From Roseateles sp. (GTDB taxonomy: Bacteria; Pseudomonadota; Gammaproteobacteria; Burkholderiales; Burkholderiaceae_C): a DNA stretch of 64,000 bases. Location of the stretch: the NCBI GenBank assembly GCA_041914785.1, contig JAYSCT010000002.1, positions 19,621 through 83,620 on the forward strand, written 5' to 3'. Each line of letters starts with the position of its first letter. Within the stretch, counting starts at the first letter, position 1. The notes under the pieces are model-generated. The model had not been told where the DNA came from. It saw only the letters and a program-made list of their open reading frames with translations, and did no database searches. The translations under genes and the position numbers were made by a program. Shown here one piece after another: positions 31,668 to 41,270 of this stretch.

Positions 31668-32342
31668 TCAGTTGACCAGCTTGGCCGGCCGCAGCGACGA
31701 CACCAGCGGCGGCAGCAGCGCCAGCTGGCGCATCAGTTCGCCGATGCTGTCGGCGCCGCTCTTGGCGCGGATGCTCTGGATCTGGCTGCGCACCGTCGAG
31801 ATCGCGACACCCTGGCGCTGCGCCACCTCGGTGGGCTTGACGCCGTTGGACAGCGCTTTCAGCACCTCGGTCTCGGCCGGCGTGAGCTGGTAGCGCAGCG
31901 CGAACCACTGCGCGGCCAGGTCGCCGCACAGCTGGCGGCGCTCCAGGATCAGCAGCACGGCCGCCTGGCTGACATCGCGGTTCAGCGGCACGACGACGAC
32001 ATTGGCCCGGCCGCATTCGGCGCGGTCGTCGCCCAGGCGCAGCAGGCAGCGGCGGCCGCTGGCCTCGGCGCCTTCCAGCGCCTCGGCGAACGGCACCGCA
32101 TCGGTCAGCAGCCGAGCACGCAGGTGCGGGCCCACGATCTCCAGCGGGTGGTTGTCTCCCAGCGTGGCCCGCGCCGCGAGGTTGGCGTGCAGCATGCGAC
32201 CGGCACCGTTGAGCAGCACGACGCCGTGGTCGAGCTCTTCCAGCACCAACCCCATCCACTGGCTGGACAGCGACGCCGCCTGGCGACGCTCCTGAGGGCG
32301 ACCGGGCGCCTGGCCCGGCTGAACAAACTCATTCATCCACAT
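31668..32342 (-). CDS. LuxR-type HTH regulator with PAS-like N-terminus
   Basis: LTPAETEVL...VAISTVRSQIQSIRAK. Confidence 0.85.
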   Translation of the reverse strand: MWMNEFVQPGQAPGRPQERRQAASLSSQWMGLVLEELDHGVVLLNGAGRMLHANLAARATLGDNHPLEIVGPHLRARLLTDAVPFAEALEGAEASGRRCLLRLGDDRAECGRANVVVVPLNRDVSQAAVLLILERRQLCGDLAAQWFALRYQLTPAETEVLKALSNGVKPTEVAQRQGVAISTVRSQIQSIRAKSGADSIGELMRQLALLPPLVSSLRPAKLVN

Positions 32343-32623
32343 GGCAGCACTCCTCGGCCCACCCGCTGCGAGCCATCCTCAAAGCGTAGGAGAGCACGTT
32401 TGGACCCGGGCGTAAATGTTGCTGGATGTGTTTGTGAACGAATACCCGGCGTGCGTCATTTCGGCGAAACGCATTTCAAACCTAGGGGTTGCCGCTGCCC
32501 GGCCGCCGTTTGTGAACAACGCACGACGGCATGAGCTCATGACGGAAGATTCGTTGGCGTTTCTGTCATCGCGCTTCAGACTGGCGGCGTTGTCACCTCG
32601 ATCCGCCACTGCCTGTACCGCCG

Positions 32624-33424
32624 ATGTGTGAGCTTTTCGCCCTCAACAGCCGCCTGGCCGCCGCCGCGAATTTCTCGCTGAGCGGCTTTGCCGCCCGCGG
32701 TGGCCGCACAGCGGACCATGTCGACGGCTGGGGCGTGGCCTTCCACGGCGGCGAGCGCTGCGAGGTGGTCGTCGAGGACCGCCCCGCCGCCGAGTCGGAC
32801 CTGGCCTCCCACTATGGCCGCCACCCGGTGCAGGCGCGCAACATCATTGCCCACATCCGCAAGGCCACGCAGGGGGTGCGCGCGGTGGAGAACTGCCACC
32901 CGTTCCGCCGCGACTGGGCGGGGCGCACCTGGGTCTTCGCCCACAATGGCGACCTGAAGGACTTCCACCCCGACCTGGACGGCAGCTTCACGCCCGCCGG
33001 CCAGACCGACAGCGAGCGCGCCTTCTGCTGGCTGATGCAGCGGCTGCAGCAGCGTTTCGGCGATGCGCTGCCCGCCTGGCCGGAACTGGCCGCCACGCTG
33101 ACGCCCTGGCTGCACGAGATCGCCGAGCACGGCCGCTTCAACCTGCTGCTGACCGACGGCCGCGCGATGCTGGCGCACGCGTCCACCAAGCTGCACTGGC
33201 TGCGCCGCCAGGCGCCGTTCGGGCATGTGCGGCTGCGCGACGGCGACCTGAGCGTGGACCTGTCCCTGCTGAACGGCCCGCGCGACCGCATGACGCTGGT
33301 GGCCACCGAGCCGCTGACGCACGACGAGGCCTGGCAGGCGTTCCAGCCGGGCGAGGTGCGCGTGTTCGAGCAGGGCGATTGCATCTACCTGAGCGAGGGC
33401 ATCGCCGCGCAAGTGGCCGCCTGA
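32624..33424 (+). CDS. class II glutamine amidotransferase (YafJ/EgtC-like Ntn hydrolase)
   Basis: N-terminal MCELF; DGWG, AHIRKAT, NCHPF, FAHNG and TDSE motifs. Confidence 0.92.
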   Translation: MCELFALNSRLAAAANFSLSGFAARGGRTADHVDGWGVAFHGGERCEVVVEDRPAAESDLASHYGRHPVQARNIIAHIRKATQGVRAVENCHPFRRDWAGRTWVFAHNGDLKDFHPDLDGSFTPAGQTDSERAFCWLMQRLQQRFGDALPAWPELAATLTPWLHEIAEHGRFNLLLTDGRAMLAHASTKLHWLRRQAPFGHVRLRDGDLSVDLSLLNGPRDRMTLVATEPLTHDEAWQAFQPGEVRVFEQGDCIYLSEGIAAQVAA

Positions 33425-33446
33425 ACTGCCGCTTAAGCTGCGGGGC

Positions 33447-34679
33447 ATGCCTGCCCTCCTGTTCCGACTGACCGCCGCGGCGGTCCTCCTCCTTCATCTC
33501 GCCGCCCACGCGGGCACCGCCATCGTCATCGGCGGTGCCACCAAGAGCGACAACGACGCCGTCTGGCAACGCATCGTCGACGAGGCCGGCGGCCCGGGCG
33601 CGCGCATCGCCGTGTTCGCGACCGCCGCCGCCAACCCCGAGCGCAGCGCCGGGCTCATCGTCGCGTCGCTGAACCGGCGCGGCGCCAACGCCGAGGCCAT
33701 CCCCGTCGCGCCGCGGCAGAAGGACGTGGACTGGCAGGCCAACCTGAACGACCCGGGGCTGATCGCCAAGGTCGCCGCGTCCAAGGCGGTGTTCTTCTCG
33801 GGCGGCGCGCAGGAGTACATCGTCGACACGCTGCAGCCCGGCGGCGAACCGACGGCGATGCTGAAGGCCATCCGCCAGGTGTTCGACGACGGCGGCGTCG
33901 TGGCCGGCACCAGCGCGGGCGCGGCCATCATGAGCCGCATCATGTTCCGCGACGCGCCGGACAACCTGCAGATCCTCAAGGGCCAGTGGCGCGACAAGCG
34001 AGAGTACGACCAGGGCCTGGGCTTCGTCATGCCGGGCCTGTTCGTGGACCAGCACTTCCTCAAGCGCGGCCGCATCGGCCGCATGCTGCCGGCGATGCAG
34101 GCGCTGGGCTACAAGCTGGGCCTGGGCGTGGAGGAGAACACGGCGGCCGTCGTCAAGGGCCACGAGGTGGAGATCGTCGGCGCGCGCGGCGCGATGCTGG
34201 TGGACCTGTCCGAAGCCTCGTCAGACGCGAAGCTGCCGGCCTTCAACGTGCGCGGCGCCGTCATCAGCTACCTGGACCGCGGCGACCGGCACGACCTCAA
34301 GACCGGCCTCACCACGCCCGCGGCCCACAAGCTGCGCGACCAGAAGCTCGACCCCGCCGCGGCGGACTACCGCCCCTACCTGCAGTTCGACCACTACTTC
34401 CTCGACATCCTGGCCGACAACATGATCGTGACGGCCATGTCGCAGCTGCTGGACAGCCGACAGCCCGAGGTGCGCGGCCTGGCCTACCGTGTGCGGCCGC
34501 GGCCGGGCGACCTGGCGCCGGAACTGGGCTTCGAGTTCCGGCTCTACAAGGGGCCGGGCACGGTCGGCTGGTTCAGCAACGCGCTGGGCGGCGACGACTA
34601 CACGGTGCTGAAGGTGCGGCTGGACGTGACGCCCGTGCGCATGGCCGCGCCGCTGTTCACGCCGGTGCTGCCGAACTGA
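33447..34679 (+). CDS. secreted cyanophycinase-like peptidase (S51)
   Basis: signal peptide; IGG, FFSGGAQ, GTSAGAAIMS, DQHFLKRGR and GVEENT motifs. Confidence 0.88.
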   Translation: MPALLFRLTAAAVLLLHLAAHAGTAIVIGGATKSDNDAVWQRIVDEAGGPGARIAVFATAAANPERSAGLIVASLNRRGANAEAIPVAPRQKDVDWQANLNDPGLIAKVAASKAVFFSGGAQEYIVDTLQPGGEPTAMLKAIRQVFDDGGVVAGTSAGAAIMSRIMFRDAPDNLQILKGQWRDKREYDQGLGFVMPGLFVDQHFLKRGRIGRMLPAMQALGYKLGLGVEENTAAVVKGHEVEIVGARGAMLVDLSEASSDAKLPAFNVRGAVISYLDRGDRHDLKTGLTTPAAHKLRDQKLDPAAADYRPYLQFDHYFLDILADNMIVTAMSQLLDSRQPEVRGLAYRVRPRPGDLAPELGFEFRLYKGPGTVGWFSNALGGDDYTVLKVRLDVTPVRMAAPLFTPVLPN

Positions 34680-35832
34680 CGGCCGGGCCGGCCGGCCGCG
34701 GCCGGCGCTGGATGCCCAGCAGCAGCGCCAGCCCCGGCACGCGCCGTGCGCCCAGGTAGGCCAGCGCGCAGACCGCGAAGGTCAGCACGATCAGCAGCAC
34801 GGCTTCCAGGCCCCAGGGCAGCGCCAGCGGCTTCAGCGCCTGCGTCAGCAGCACGATGACGCTCTGGTGCAGGATGTAGAGGCAGAACACCGCCGCGGCC
34901 GCCTGGCGCAGCCCCGGTGTCTCGCGCGGGAAGGCGCGCTGTGCCCAGCCACAGCAGGCGACGATGGACCACCACGTCAGCGCGCCGCGCAGCGTGCGGG
35001 CGGCCACCAGCACGGCGTCGGGCGGCGACGCGTCCGCGTAGCGGGCATTGAACACCAGCAACGCGGCCCAGGTCGCCAGCGACACGCCCAGCGCCACCCA
35101 GCGCAGCCGCAGCGCGGCCGGCCACAGGCCCTGCGCCAGCGGCGTGCGGCTGGCCCAGCCGATGGCGAACACGTAGCCGTACTGCAGGTGGTTGTAGAGG
35201 TCGTGCACCAGGTCGTGCGTCGATGGCCAGTGCGGCATGACGAAGATTCGCAGCAGCGCCAGCGGCACCGCGGGCGCCAGCAGCCAGGCCCAGGCAGGCA
35301 GCTCGACGGCGCGCGGCTTCAGCCGCAGCGATGCAAGCGCCGCCCCCGCCACCGCGTAGACCCACAGGTAGGGCAGGAACCACAGGTGGTTCCAGGTCGG
35401 CACGACCATGCAGTCGTCGCCGCGGCAGTAGCGGCCGCTGCGCAGGTAGGCGGCCCAGAAGTCCAGATAGCCGCCGTCGCCGGGCAGCTGCGCGGGCACC
35501 TTGGTCAGCACCTCGAAGTAGGCCTGCGGCGTGACGATGACGGCCATGCCGAACAGCAGCGGCAGCAGCAGGCGCCGCGAGCGGTCCTTCAGCGTGCCAA
35601 GCGCGCCGCGCTTCGCGAACAGGCCGTGGCAGGCCGCGCCGGCGATGAGGAACAGCAGCGACAGCCGCCACGGCGAACTGAGCTGCATGAAGGGCTCCAG
35701 CGCGGCGCTGGCGGCGGGGCTTTTCACGTGCCAGTCCCAGGTCACGTAGTACATGCCGACGTGGTACGGGATCAGCAGCGCGAAGGCAGCGACGCGCAGG
35801 CCGTCGAGAAAAGGCAGGCGTGGTGTGTTCAT
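34657..35832 (-). CDS. acyltransferase family 3 (OpgC/MdoC-like) membrane protein
   Basis: RLPFLDGLR, LLFLIAG, HLWFLPYL and YILHQ motifs. Confidence 0.88.
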   Translation of the reverse strand: MNTPRLPFLDGLRVAAFALLIPYHVGMYYVTWDWHVKSPAASAALEPFMQLSSPWRLSLLFLIAGAACHGLFAKRGALGTLKDRSRRLLLPLLFGMAVIVTPQAYFEVLTKVPAQLPGDGGYLDFWAAYLRSGRYCRGDDCMVVPTWNHLWFLPYLWVYAVAGAALASLRLKPRAVELPAWAWLLAPAVPLALLRIFVMPHWPSTHDLVHDLYNHLQYGYVFAIGWASRTPLAQGLWPAALRLRWVALGVSLATWAALLVFNARYADASPPDAVLVAARTLRGALTWWSIVACCGWAQRAFPRETPGLRQAAAAVFCLYILHQSVIVLLTQALKPLALPWGLEAVLLIVLTFAVCALAYLGARRVPGLALLLGIQRRPRPAGPAVSSAAPA

Positions 35833-35875
35833 GGCCCGCAGCTTCGCCGGCCCGGCCGCGCCGCGCGACGGCGGC

Positions 35876-35906
35876 GGGGCGAGTTGCGGGCGCTATGGGG
35901 CGAACG
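35876..35906 (-). promoter_or_regulatory. putative LytTR binding direct repeat
   Basis: minus strand CGTTCGCCCC-N11-AACTCGCCCC, 21-bp period, upstream of the acyltransferase. Confidence 0.6.
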
Positions 35907-36585
35907 CGTCCAGCACGTCGCGGTAGCCGCGCGACACGCGCAGCACCTCGCCGCAGGCGAGCGTCAGCAGCGCCTCGCCGCTGCCCAGCCGTTCGATGCG
36001 CTGCACATGCGCCGGGTTGACGGCATGGCTGCGGTGCACGCGCAGGAAGCGCGCGGCCCAGCCTGGCCGGGCCAGCGCGTCGGCCAGCGTGGCGCGCTCC
36101 AGCAGGCAGCGCGGCGGCAGATGCAGCTCGATGTAGTTGTCGGCCGCAGAGATCCACGGCACGTCGGCCAGCGTCACGCGCTCGCCGCCCACCCACCATT
36201 CGCCCACCGGCGCGCTCGGCTGCGCCAGGCGCTCGCGCACGCGGGCCAGCGCGGCGGCCAGGCGTTCGGGCGTGTAGGGCTTGAGCAGGTAGTCCAGCGC
36301 CGCCAGCTCGAAAGCCTGCAGCGCGTGCTCGGCGTGCGCGGTCGAGAAGATGACGCTGCGCACGCCCCGCTCGCGCAGCGCGGCGGCCAGCTGCACGCCG
36401 TTGCCGCCGGGCATCTCGATGTCCAGCAGCGCGAGGTCGGGCGGCGCGGCGAGCGTCTGCACCAGGGCCAGCGCGGCCGGGGCGTCGGGGGCCTCCAGCA
36501 GTTCGGCCACGTCGGGCTCGGCGGCCAGCAGCCGGCGCAGCCGGGCGCGCGCGGCGGGCTCGTCGTCGACGATCAGGATGCGCAC
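35893..36585 (-). CDS. LytTR family response regulator
   Basis: IVDDE, LDIEMP, DYLLKP receiver motifs; FLRVHRSHAVN LytTR domain. Confidence 0.93.
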   Translation of the reverse strand: MRILIVDDEPAARARLRRLLAAEPDVAELLEAPDAPAALALVQTLAAPPDLALLDIEMPGGNGVQLAAALRERGVRSVIFSTAHAEHALQAFELAALDYLLKPYTPERLAAALARVRERLAQPSAPVGEWWVGGERVTLADVPWISAADNYIELHLPPRCLLERATLADALARPGWAARFLRVHRSHAVNPAHVQRIERLGSGEALLTLACGEVLRVSRGYRDVLDAFAP

Positions 36586-37619
36586 GGCAGCTCCACGACC
36601 AAGCTCATGCCACGGCCATCGGGCCCGAACCGAACGCTGGCTGCTGCACCGTAGCGCGCCGCCAACCGCTCGCGCACGTTGCGCAGGCCCAGGCCGCCGT
36701 CGGGGTCGGGCGGCGACTCGGGCACGGGCGTGTCGCCGTGGTTGCTGACCCGCAGCGTCAGGCGCTCGCCGTCACGCGCCGCCGCCACGACGACCTCGAC
36801 GCGGCCGCGGTGCCGCGCCACATCGTGCTTGACGGCGTTCTCCACTGGCGCCAGCAGCAGCAGCGCCGGCAGCCGGCAGGCCAGCGCCGCATCATCGGCG
36901 TCGAGGCGCACCACCAGCCGCTCGGGGCCGAAGCGCGCCTGCATCAGCGCGAGGAAGGGCTCGACCAGCGCCAGCTCCTCGCGCAGCGTGTGCTCGGCGC
37001 GCTGCTGCGCGGCCAGCGTCTGGCGCAGCAGGTCGGCCAGCTGGCACAGCAGCCGGTCGGCGCGGGGCACGTCCTCGTACATGACCGACGAGATCAGGTT
37101 CAGCGTGTTGAACAGGAAGTGCGGCTGCACCTGGTCGGCCAGGCGCGCCAGGCGCACCTCGGCCAGCTCGCGGCGCGCACGCTCGGCCGCCTGGGCCATC
37201 CAGACGCCGCGCGAGATCAGGCAGAAGCTGAGGTAGCTCACCGCGTCCTTGCCGCCCTCGTAGACCAGCAGCGTGGGGATGTCGTCGGGGTGGTAGCCCG
37301 CGCCCACGAGGGCATAGACCAGCAGCCGCAGGCCGAACATGCCGGCGATGTGCAGCACGCTGAAGACCGGCAGCGCCACCGCGTGCGCCAGCAGCTGCCG
37401 CGGCCAGGGCTGCCCCTGCAGCCGGCCGACGAGGGCGTGCACGCACAAGGCCAGCGCGCCGATGACGAAGACCGAGCTGTACTCCCACAGGAAGGGCTCC
37501 CACGGCTGCGTGCCGCCGCCCAAGCGGTAGGCCTCCAGCGCCGACGCGCTGAGCAGCCCGCCGACGACGGTCAGCAGCGCGATGTAGGGCAGGCGCCAGC
37601 GGCGCGGCAGGATGGGCAT
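36573..37619 (-). CDS. LytS-type sensor histidine kinase
   Basis: TM region; QVQPHFLFNTLN, ENAVKH and GLGLRNVRERL motifs. Confidence 0.93.
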   Translation of the reverse strand: MPILPRRWRLPYIALLTVVGGLLSASALEAYRLGGGTQPWEPFLWEYSSVFVIGALALCVHALVGRLQGQPWPRQLLAHAVALPVFSVLHIAGMFGLRLLVYALVGAGYHPDDIPTLLVYEGGKDAVSYLSFCLISRGVWMAQAAERARRELAEVRLARLADQVQPHFLFNTLNLISSVMYEDVPRADRLLCQLADLLRQTLAAQQRAEHTLREELALVEPFLALMQARFGPERLVVRLDADDAALACRLPALLLLAPVENAVKHDVARHRGRVEVVVAAARDGERLTLRVSNHGDTPVPESPPDPDGGLGLRNVRERLAARYGAAASVRFGPDGRGMSLVVELPCAS

Positions 37620-37656
37620 GCCGCAGTGTGCCCCGCCGCCGCGCCGCCGCCGGTGT

Positions 37657-37687
37657 CGTTCACCCCGGCAGCGGCGCCATTCGCCCC
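37657..37687 (+). promoter_or_regulatory. putative LytTR binding direct repeat
   Basis: CGTTCACCCC-N11-CATTCGCCCC, 21-bp period; TAGACT at 37705; upstream of the GGDEF gene. Confidence 0.6.
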
Positions 37688-37749
37688 CGGCCGCCCGTGG
37701 CTCCTAGACTCCGCATGCCGGCGCGCCTGCGCCGGCAGGAGGCCAGACC

Positions 37750-38901
37750 GTGCTGGACATGCTGGAGTTGCGCACCATCAGCGGCGTCACCGGGGTGATG
37801 GGCTGTCTGATGGCGCTGGTGATGTTCTTCCAGCGCCGCAGCTATCCGCCGTCCATCCGCGGCCTGGGCCACTGGACGGTGGCGCCGCTGCTGGCGTTCG
37901 CGTCGGCGCTGCTGTTCACGCTGCGGGGTGCGGTGCCGGCCCTGCTCTCCACCGGCCTGGCCAACGCGCTGATGTTCGCGGCGGCGGCGACCTTCCTGGC
38001 CGGCAGCTGCCGCTTCTTCGGGCAGCCGCTGTCCGCGCGGGCGACGGGACTGCTGTGGCTGGCCGGCGCGGCGGCGCTGCTGTTCATGAGCCTGTTCACC
38101 GGCGGCTACGGCTGGCGCGTGCTGTTCATGGGGGTGCTGCTGGGCGGCGTGGGCGCCTGGCATGCGGCCGTCGTCTGGCGCCAGCCGGTGCACAGCTTCG
38201 CGACGCGCTTCACCGGCACCGTGCTGGCGCTGACCAGCGCCATCATCCTGGCCCGCGCCGCCAGCGCGCCGTTCGCGCCGCCGCAGGAGGGCCTGTTCAC
38301 GCCGGCACCGATGCAGGTCGTCTACTTGCTGGGCCTGGCCTTCGGCACGCTGCTGACCAGCATCGGCACGGTGCTGATGGCGTCGGAGCACCTGCGCCGG
38401 GAGCTGGAACGCCTCATCACGCACGACAGCCTGACGGGCGCGCTGACGCGCCGCGCGCTGTTCACGACGGGAGAGGCCGAGCTGGCGCGCGCACGGCGGC
38501 AGGGCCGGCCGCTGTCGGTGCTGATGCTGGACCTGGACCACTTCAAGCAGATCAACGACGAGCACGGCCACCGCGTGGGCGACCAGGTGCTGGTGGACTT
38601 CGTCGCCCGCGCGCTTGCGGTGCTGCGCCGCCCGGCCGTGCTGGGCCGCTACGGCGGCGAGGAGTTCGTCGCGCTGCTGCCGGACACCGACACGGCGCAG
38701 GCGCTGGCCGTGGCCGAGCGCATCCGCGCGAGCGCCGGCACCGACCCGGGCCTGCCGGCCTGCGCGGTCAGCATCGGCGTCGCGGGTGCGTTGCCGCAGG
38801 ACTCGCTGGAAGCCCTCATCAACCGCGCCGACGCCGGCCTGTACGACGCCAAGGCCCAGGGGCGCAACCGCGTGGTGCAGCGCCCCGCCCCGGCAGGCTA
38901 G
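37750..38901 (+). CDS. membrane diguanylate cyclase
   Basis: multi-TM N-terminus; DLDHFK...RYGGEEF; start at GTG 37750 or ATG 37759. Confidence 0.9.
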   Translation: MLDMLELRTISGVTGVMGCLMALVMFFQRRSYPPSIRGLGHWTVAPLLAFASALLFTLRGAVPALLSTGLANALMFAAAATFLAGSCRFFGQPLSARATGLLWLAGAAALLFMSLFTGGYGWRVLFMGVLLGGVGAWHAAVVWRQPVHSFATRFTGTVLALTSAIILARAASAPFAPPQEGLFTPAPMQVVYLLGLAFGTLLTSIGTVLMASEHLRRELERLITHDSLTGALTRRALFTTGEAELARARRQGRPLSVLMLDLDHFKQINDEHGHRVGDQVLVDFVARALAVLRRPAVLGRYGGEEFVALLPDTDTAQALAVAERIRASAGTDPGLPACAVSIGVAGALPQDSLEALINRADAGLYDAKAQGRNRVVQRPAPAG

Positions 38902-39167
38902 CGCCTGGCCCGCGGCGGCTGCGACGCGGCGTGCTCGCCGCCGTCCACCAGGCTGCCGCGGCGCCCGGCGTCCAGCCCCGGCGTAGCGCGCAGGTCGGTG
39001 TCCACCTGGCCCTGGGCGAGATCGCGCGCGGCACGCCGGATGTGCGGGTCGGGCTGGGGATGCGTCGCGTCGGTCTGCTGGTCGCGCTCGTGCGGCAGTG
39101 ACGGGCCGTCGGGCGCCACGGCGCCGCGTTGCGTGGTGGATTCCGGGCGGGAGGTGTGCGGCTTCAT
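38898..39167 (-). CDS. small hydrophilic hypothetical protein
   Basis: CAGGAG SD before ATG 39167; LPHERD...ARDLAQGQVDTDLRATPGLD. Confidence 0.65.
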   Translation of the reverse strand: MKPHTSRPESTTQRGAVAPDGPSLPHERDQQTDATHPQPDPHIRRAARDLAQGQVDTDLRATPGLDAGRRGSLVDGGEHAASQPPRARR

Positions 39168-39327
39168 GGGGTTCTCCTGAGCTGGCATGGGCCGCACTGT
39201 GGGCGCGGCGCCGCGGCGCGCGTGTAGTCGCAGGCCGGCTCGCGGCGTGCGGCGGGGCGCCGTCCTACAGCGGGCGAAGACGGCGTCCGGGCCGGCACTG
39301 CGCCGCCGCCGCCTATCATTGGCAGCC

Positions 39328-40458
39328 ATGACCGACACGCTCGCTTCCCCTGCCCCGCCCCGCGCCCCGACGCGCGGCGGCGATGCGCAGTGGGAGGGCG
39401 GCGGCCACCGCTGGCGGCTGGTGCTGAGCGGCGACTGGCGCGACGAGGCCCTCCCCGGCCCGCCGGCCGGCCTCACCGTGGCGGCGGGCACGCAGGTCGG
39501 CTTCGACGGGTCACGCCTGGCGCACTGGCAGCCGGCATTCGCCGCCTCGCTGTGGCAGCTGCTGGCGCCGCTGGCGCGGGGGGGCGTGACGCTGGACCTT
39601 GCCGGCCTGCCGCGCGGCCTGCAGCCGCTGCTGGGCCTGAGCCTGCCGCAGCCGGCGCCCGCCGCGCAGCCGGCGGCCGGCCCCGCCGACGACGGCCCGC
39701 CCCCGCCGTCCGACTCGCGCAAGACGCTGGTGTTCGTGGGCGAGCTGCTCGCCGCACTGGGCCGACTGGCGCGCGGCCGCACCGCGATGCGGCTGAGCGA
39801 CTGGCTGTGGCAGGTCGAGCAGACCGGGCCGCGCAGCCTGCCCATCGTGCTGCTGGTGGCCACGCTGGTGGGCCTCATCGTCGCCTACATGGGCGCGGAG
39901 CAGCTGCAGCGCTTCGGTGCGCAGAGCTTCATCGCCAACCTCGTCACCATCGGCGTGGTGCGCGAGATCGCGGCGCTGGTGGTGGGCATCGTGCTGGCGG
40001 GGCGCGTCGGCGCGGCCTTCGCGGCGCAGATCGGCAGCATGCGCGCCGGCGAGGAGATCGATGCGCTGACGACGCTGGGCGTGGACCCGGTGGAGCACCT
40101 GGTGCTGCCGCGCATGCTGGCGCTGCTGGTCACGGGCCCGCTGCTGACGCTGTGCGCCGGCCTGGCCGGGCTGGCCGTGGGCGGCGCGGTGGCCGTGGGC
40201 CTGTACGACGTACCGGCGATGGCCTACCTGAGCACGACGCGCGAGGCGCTGTCGGGCTGGGACCTGTTCGTCGGGCTGCTCAAGGGCAGCGTGTACGCGG
40301 TGCTCGTCGCGCTGGCCGGCTGCCGCCAGGGCCTGAACGCGGGCCGCAGCGCGCAGGCGGTGGGCGAGGCGACGACCGCGGCCGTCGTGCAGGCCATCGT
40401 GTGGATGGTGGTGGCCGCCTCGGCGCTCACCGTGATCTTCCAGCGGCTGGGACTATGA
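39328..40458 (+). CDS. MlaE-family permease with N-terminal STAS-like region
   Basis: VREIAAL, GRVGAAFAAQIGSM..EEIDAL and VGEATT motifs. Confidence 0.9.
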   Translation: MTDTLASPAPPRAPTRGGDAQWEGGGHRWRLVLSGDWRDEALPGPPAGLTVAAGTQVGFDGSRLAHWQPAFAASLWQLLAPLARGGVTLDLAGLPRGLQPLLGLSLPQPAPAAQPAAGPADDGPPPPSDSRKTLVFVGELLAALGRLARGRTAMRLSDWLWQVEQTGPRSLPIVLLVATLVGLIVAYMGAEQLQRFGAQSFIANLVTIGVVREIAALVVGIVLAGRVGAAFAAQIGSMRAGEEIDALTTLGVDPVEHLVLPRMLALLVTGPLLTLCAGLAGLAVGGAVAVGLYDVPAMAYLSTTREALSGWDLFVGLLKGSVYAVLVALAGCRQGLNAGRSAQAVGEATTAAVVQAIVWMVVAASALTVIFQRLGL

Positions 40459-41270
40459 GCCCCGTGTCCGATCGAGCGCCACTGGACGCGGGCCGGCCTG
40501 CGAACGGCCCGCAGGCGCACGAGGTGCTGATGCGCGTGGACAACCTCAGCCTGCATGCCGGCGGCCGCGAGCTGCAGCACGGCCTGACGTTCGACGTGCG
40601 CGCCGGCGAGGTGCTCGCCATCTGCGGCGCCAGCGGCTGCGGCAAGAGCACGCTGCTGCGTCACATGATCGGGCTGCAGACGCCCGAGGTGGGCACCGTC
40701 ACCTGGGTGGCCGGCGGCGAGGCGCGTGATGTGCACGGCGACGACCCGCCGCGGCGCGAGATCGGCGTGGCCTTCCAGGCTGGTGCGCTCTGGAGCAGCA
40801 TGAGCGTCGGCGAGAACCTGATGCTGCCGCTGGAGCTCTACACCGAGCTGGACGAGGCGCAGCGCGAGCAGCAGGCCCGCTTCAAGCTGGCACTGGCCGG
40901 GCTGGCCGACCCGGCCACCTTCGACGCCGAGCCGTCGTCGCTGTCGGGCGGCATGAGGAAGCGCGCGGCCATCGCGCGCGCGCTGATGCTGGACCCGCCG
41001 CTGCTGTGCCTGGACGAGCCCTCCGCCGGCCTGGACCCGCTGACGTCGGCGCGGCTGGACGACCTCATCAAGCGGCTGAAGACCGACGTCGGCACCGCCA
41101 TCGTGCTCGTGACCCACGAGCTGGACAGCCTGTTCGCAGTGGCCGACCGGCTGCTGTTCCTGGACGTGCAGGCCCGCACCGCGACCGCGCTGGGCCCGCC
41201 GGCCGAGCTGCGCGACCACGGGCCCGACGCCGTCCGCGAGTTCCTCAACCGTGGCGAGGTCCCGGCATGA
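40455..41270 (+). CDS. MlaF-like ABC ATPase
   Basis: GASGCGKS, LSGGMRKRAAIARA and DEPSAGLDP motifs. Confidence 0.92.
   Translation: MSPVSDRAPLDAGRPANGPQAHEVLMRVDNLSLHAGGRELQHGLTFDVRAGEVLAICGASGCGKSTLLRHMIGLQTPEVGTVTWVAGGEARDVHGDDPPRREIGVAFQAGALWSSMSVGENLMLPLELYTELDEAQREQQARFKLALAGLADPATFDAEPSSLSGGMRKRAAIARALMLDPPLLCLDEPSAGLDPLTSARLDDLIKRLKTDVGTAIVLVTHELDSLFAVADRLLFLDVQARTATALGPPAELRDHGPDAVREFLNRGEVPA

Noticed and set aside
32379-32631. Short ORFs in the LuxR-amidotransferase intergenic region
   Set aside because: Atypical composition, no SD or motifs; more likely regulatory DNA.
35884-35900. 17-nt near match (TTGCGGGCGCTATGGGG) to the MITE right end
   Set aside because: No partner TIR or internal arms; it overlaps a stop codon and the putative LytTR repeat, so it is likely coincidental.
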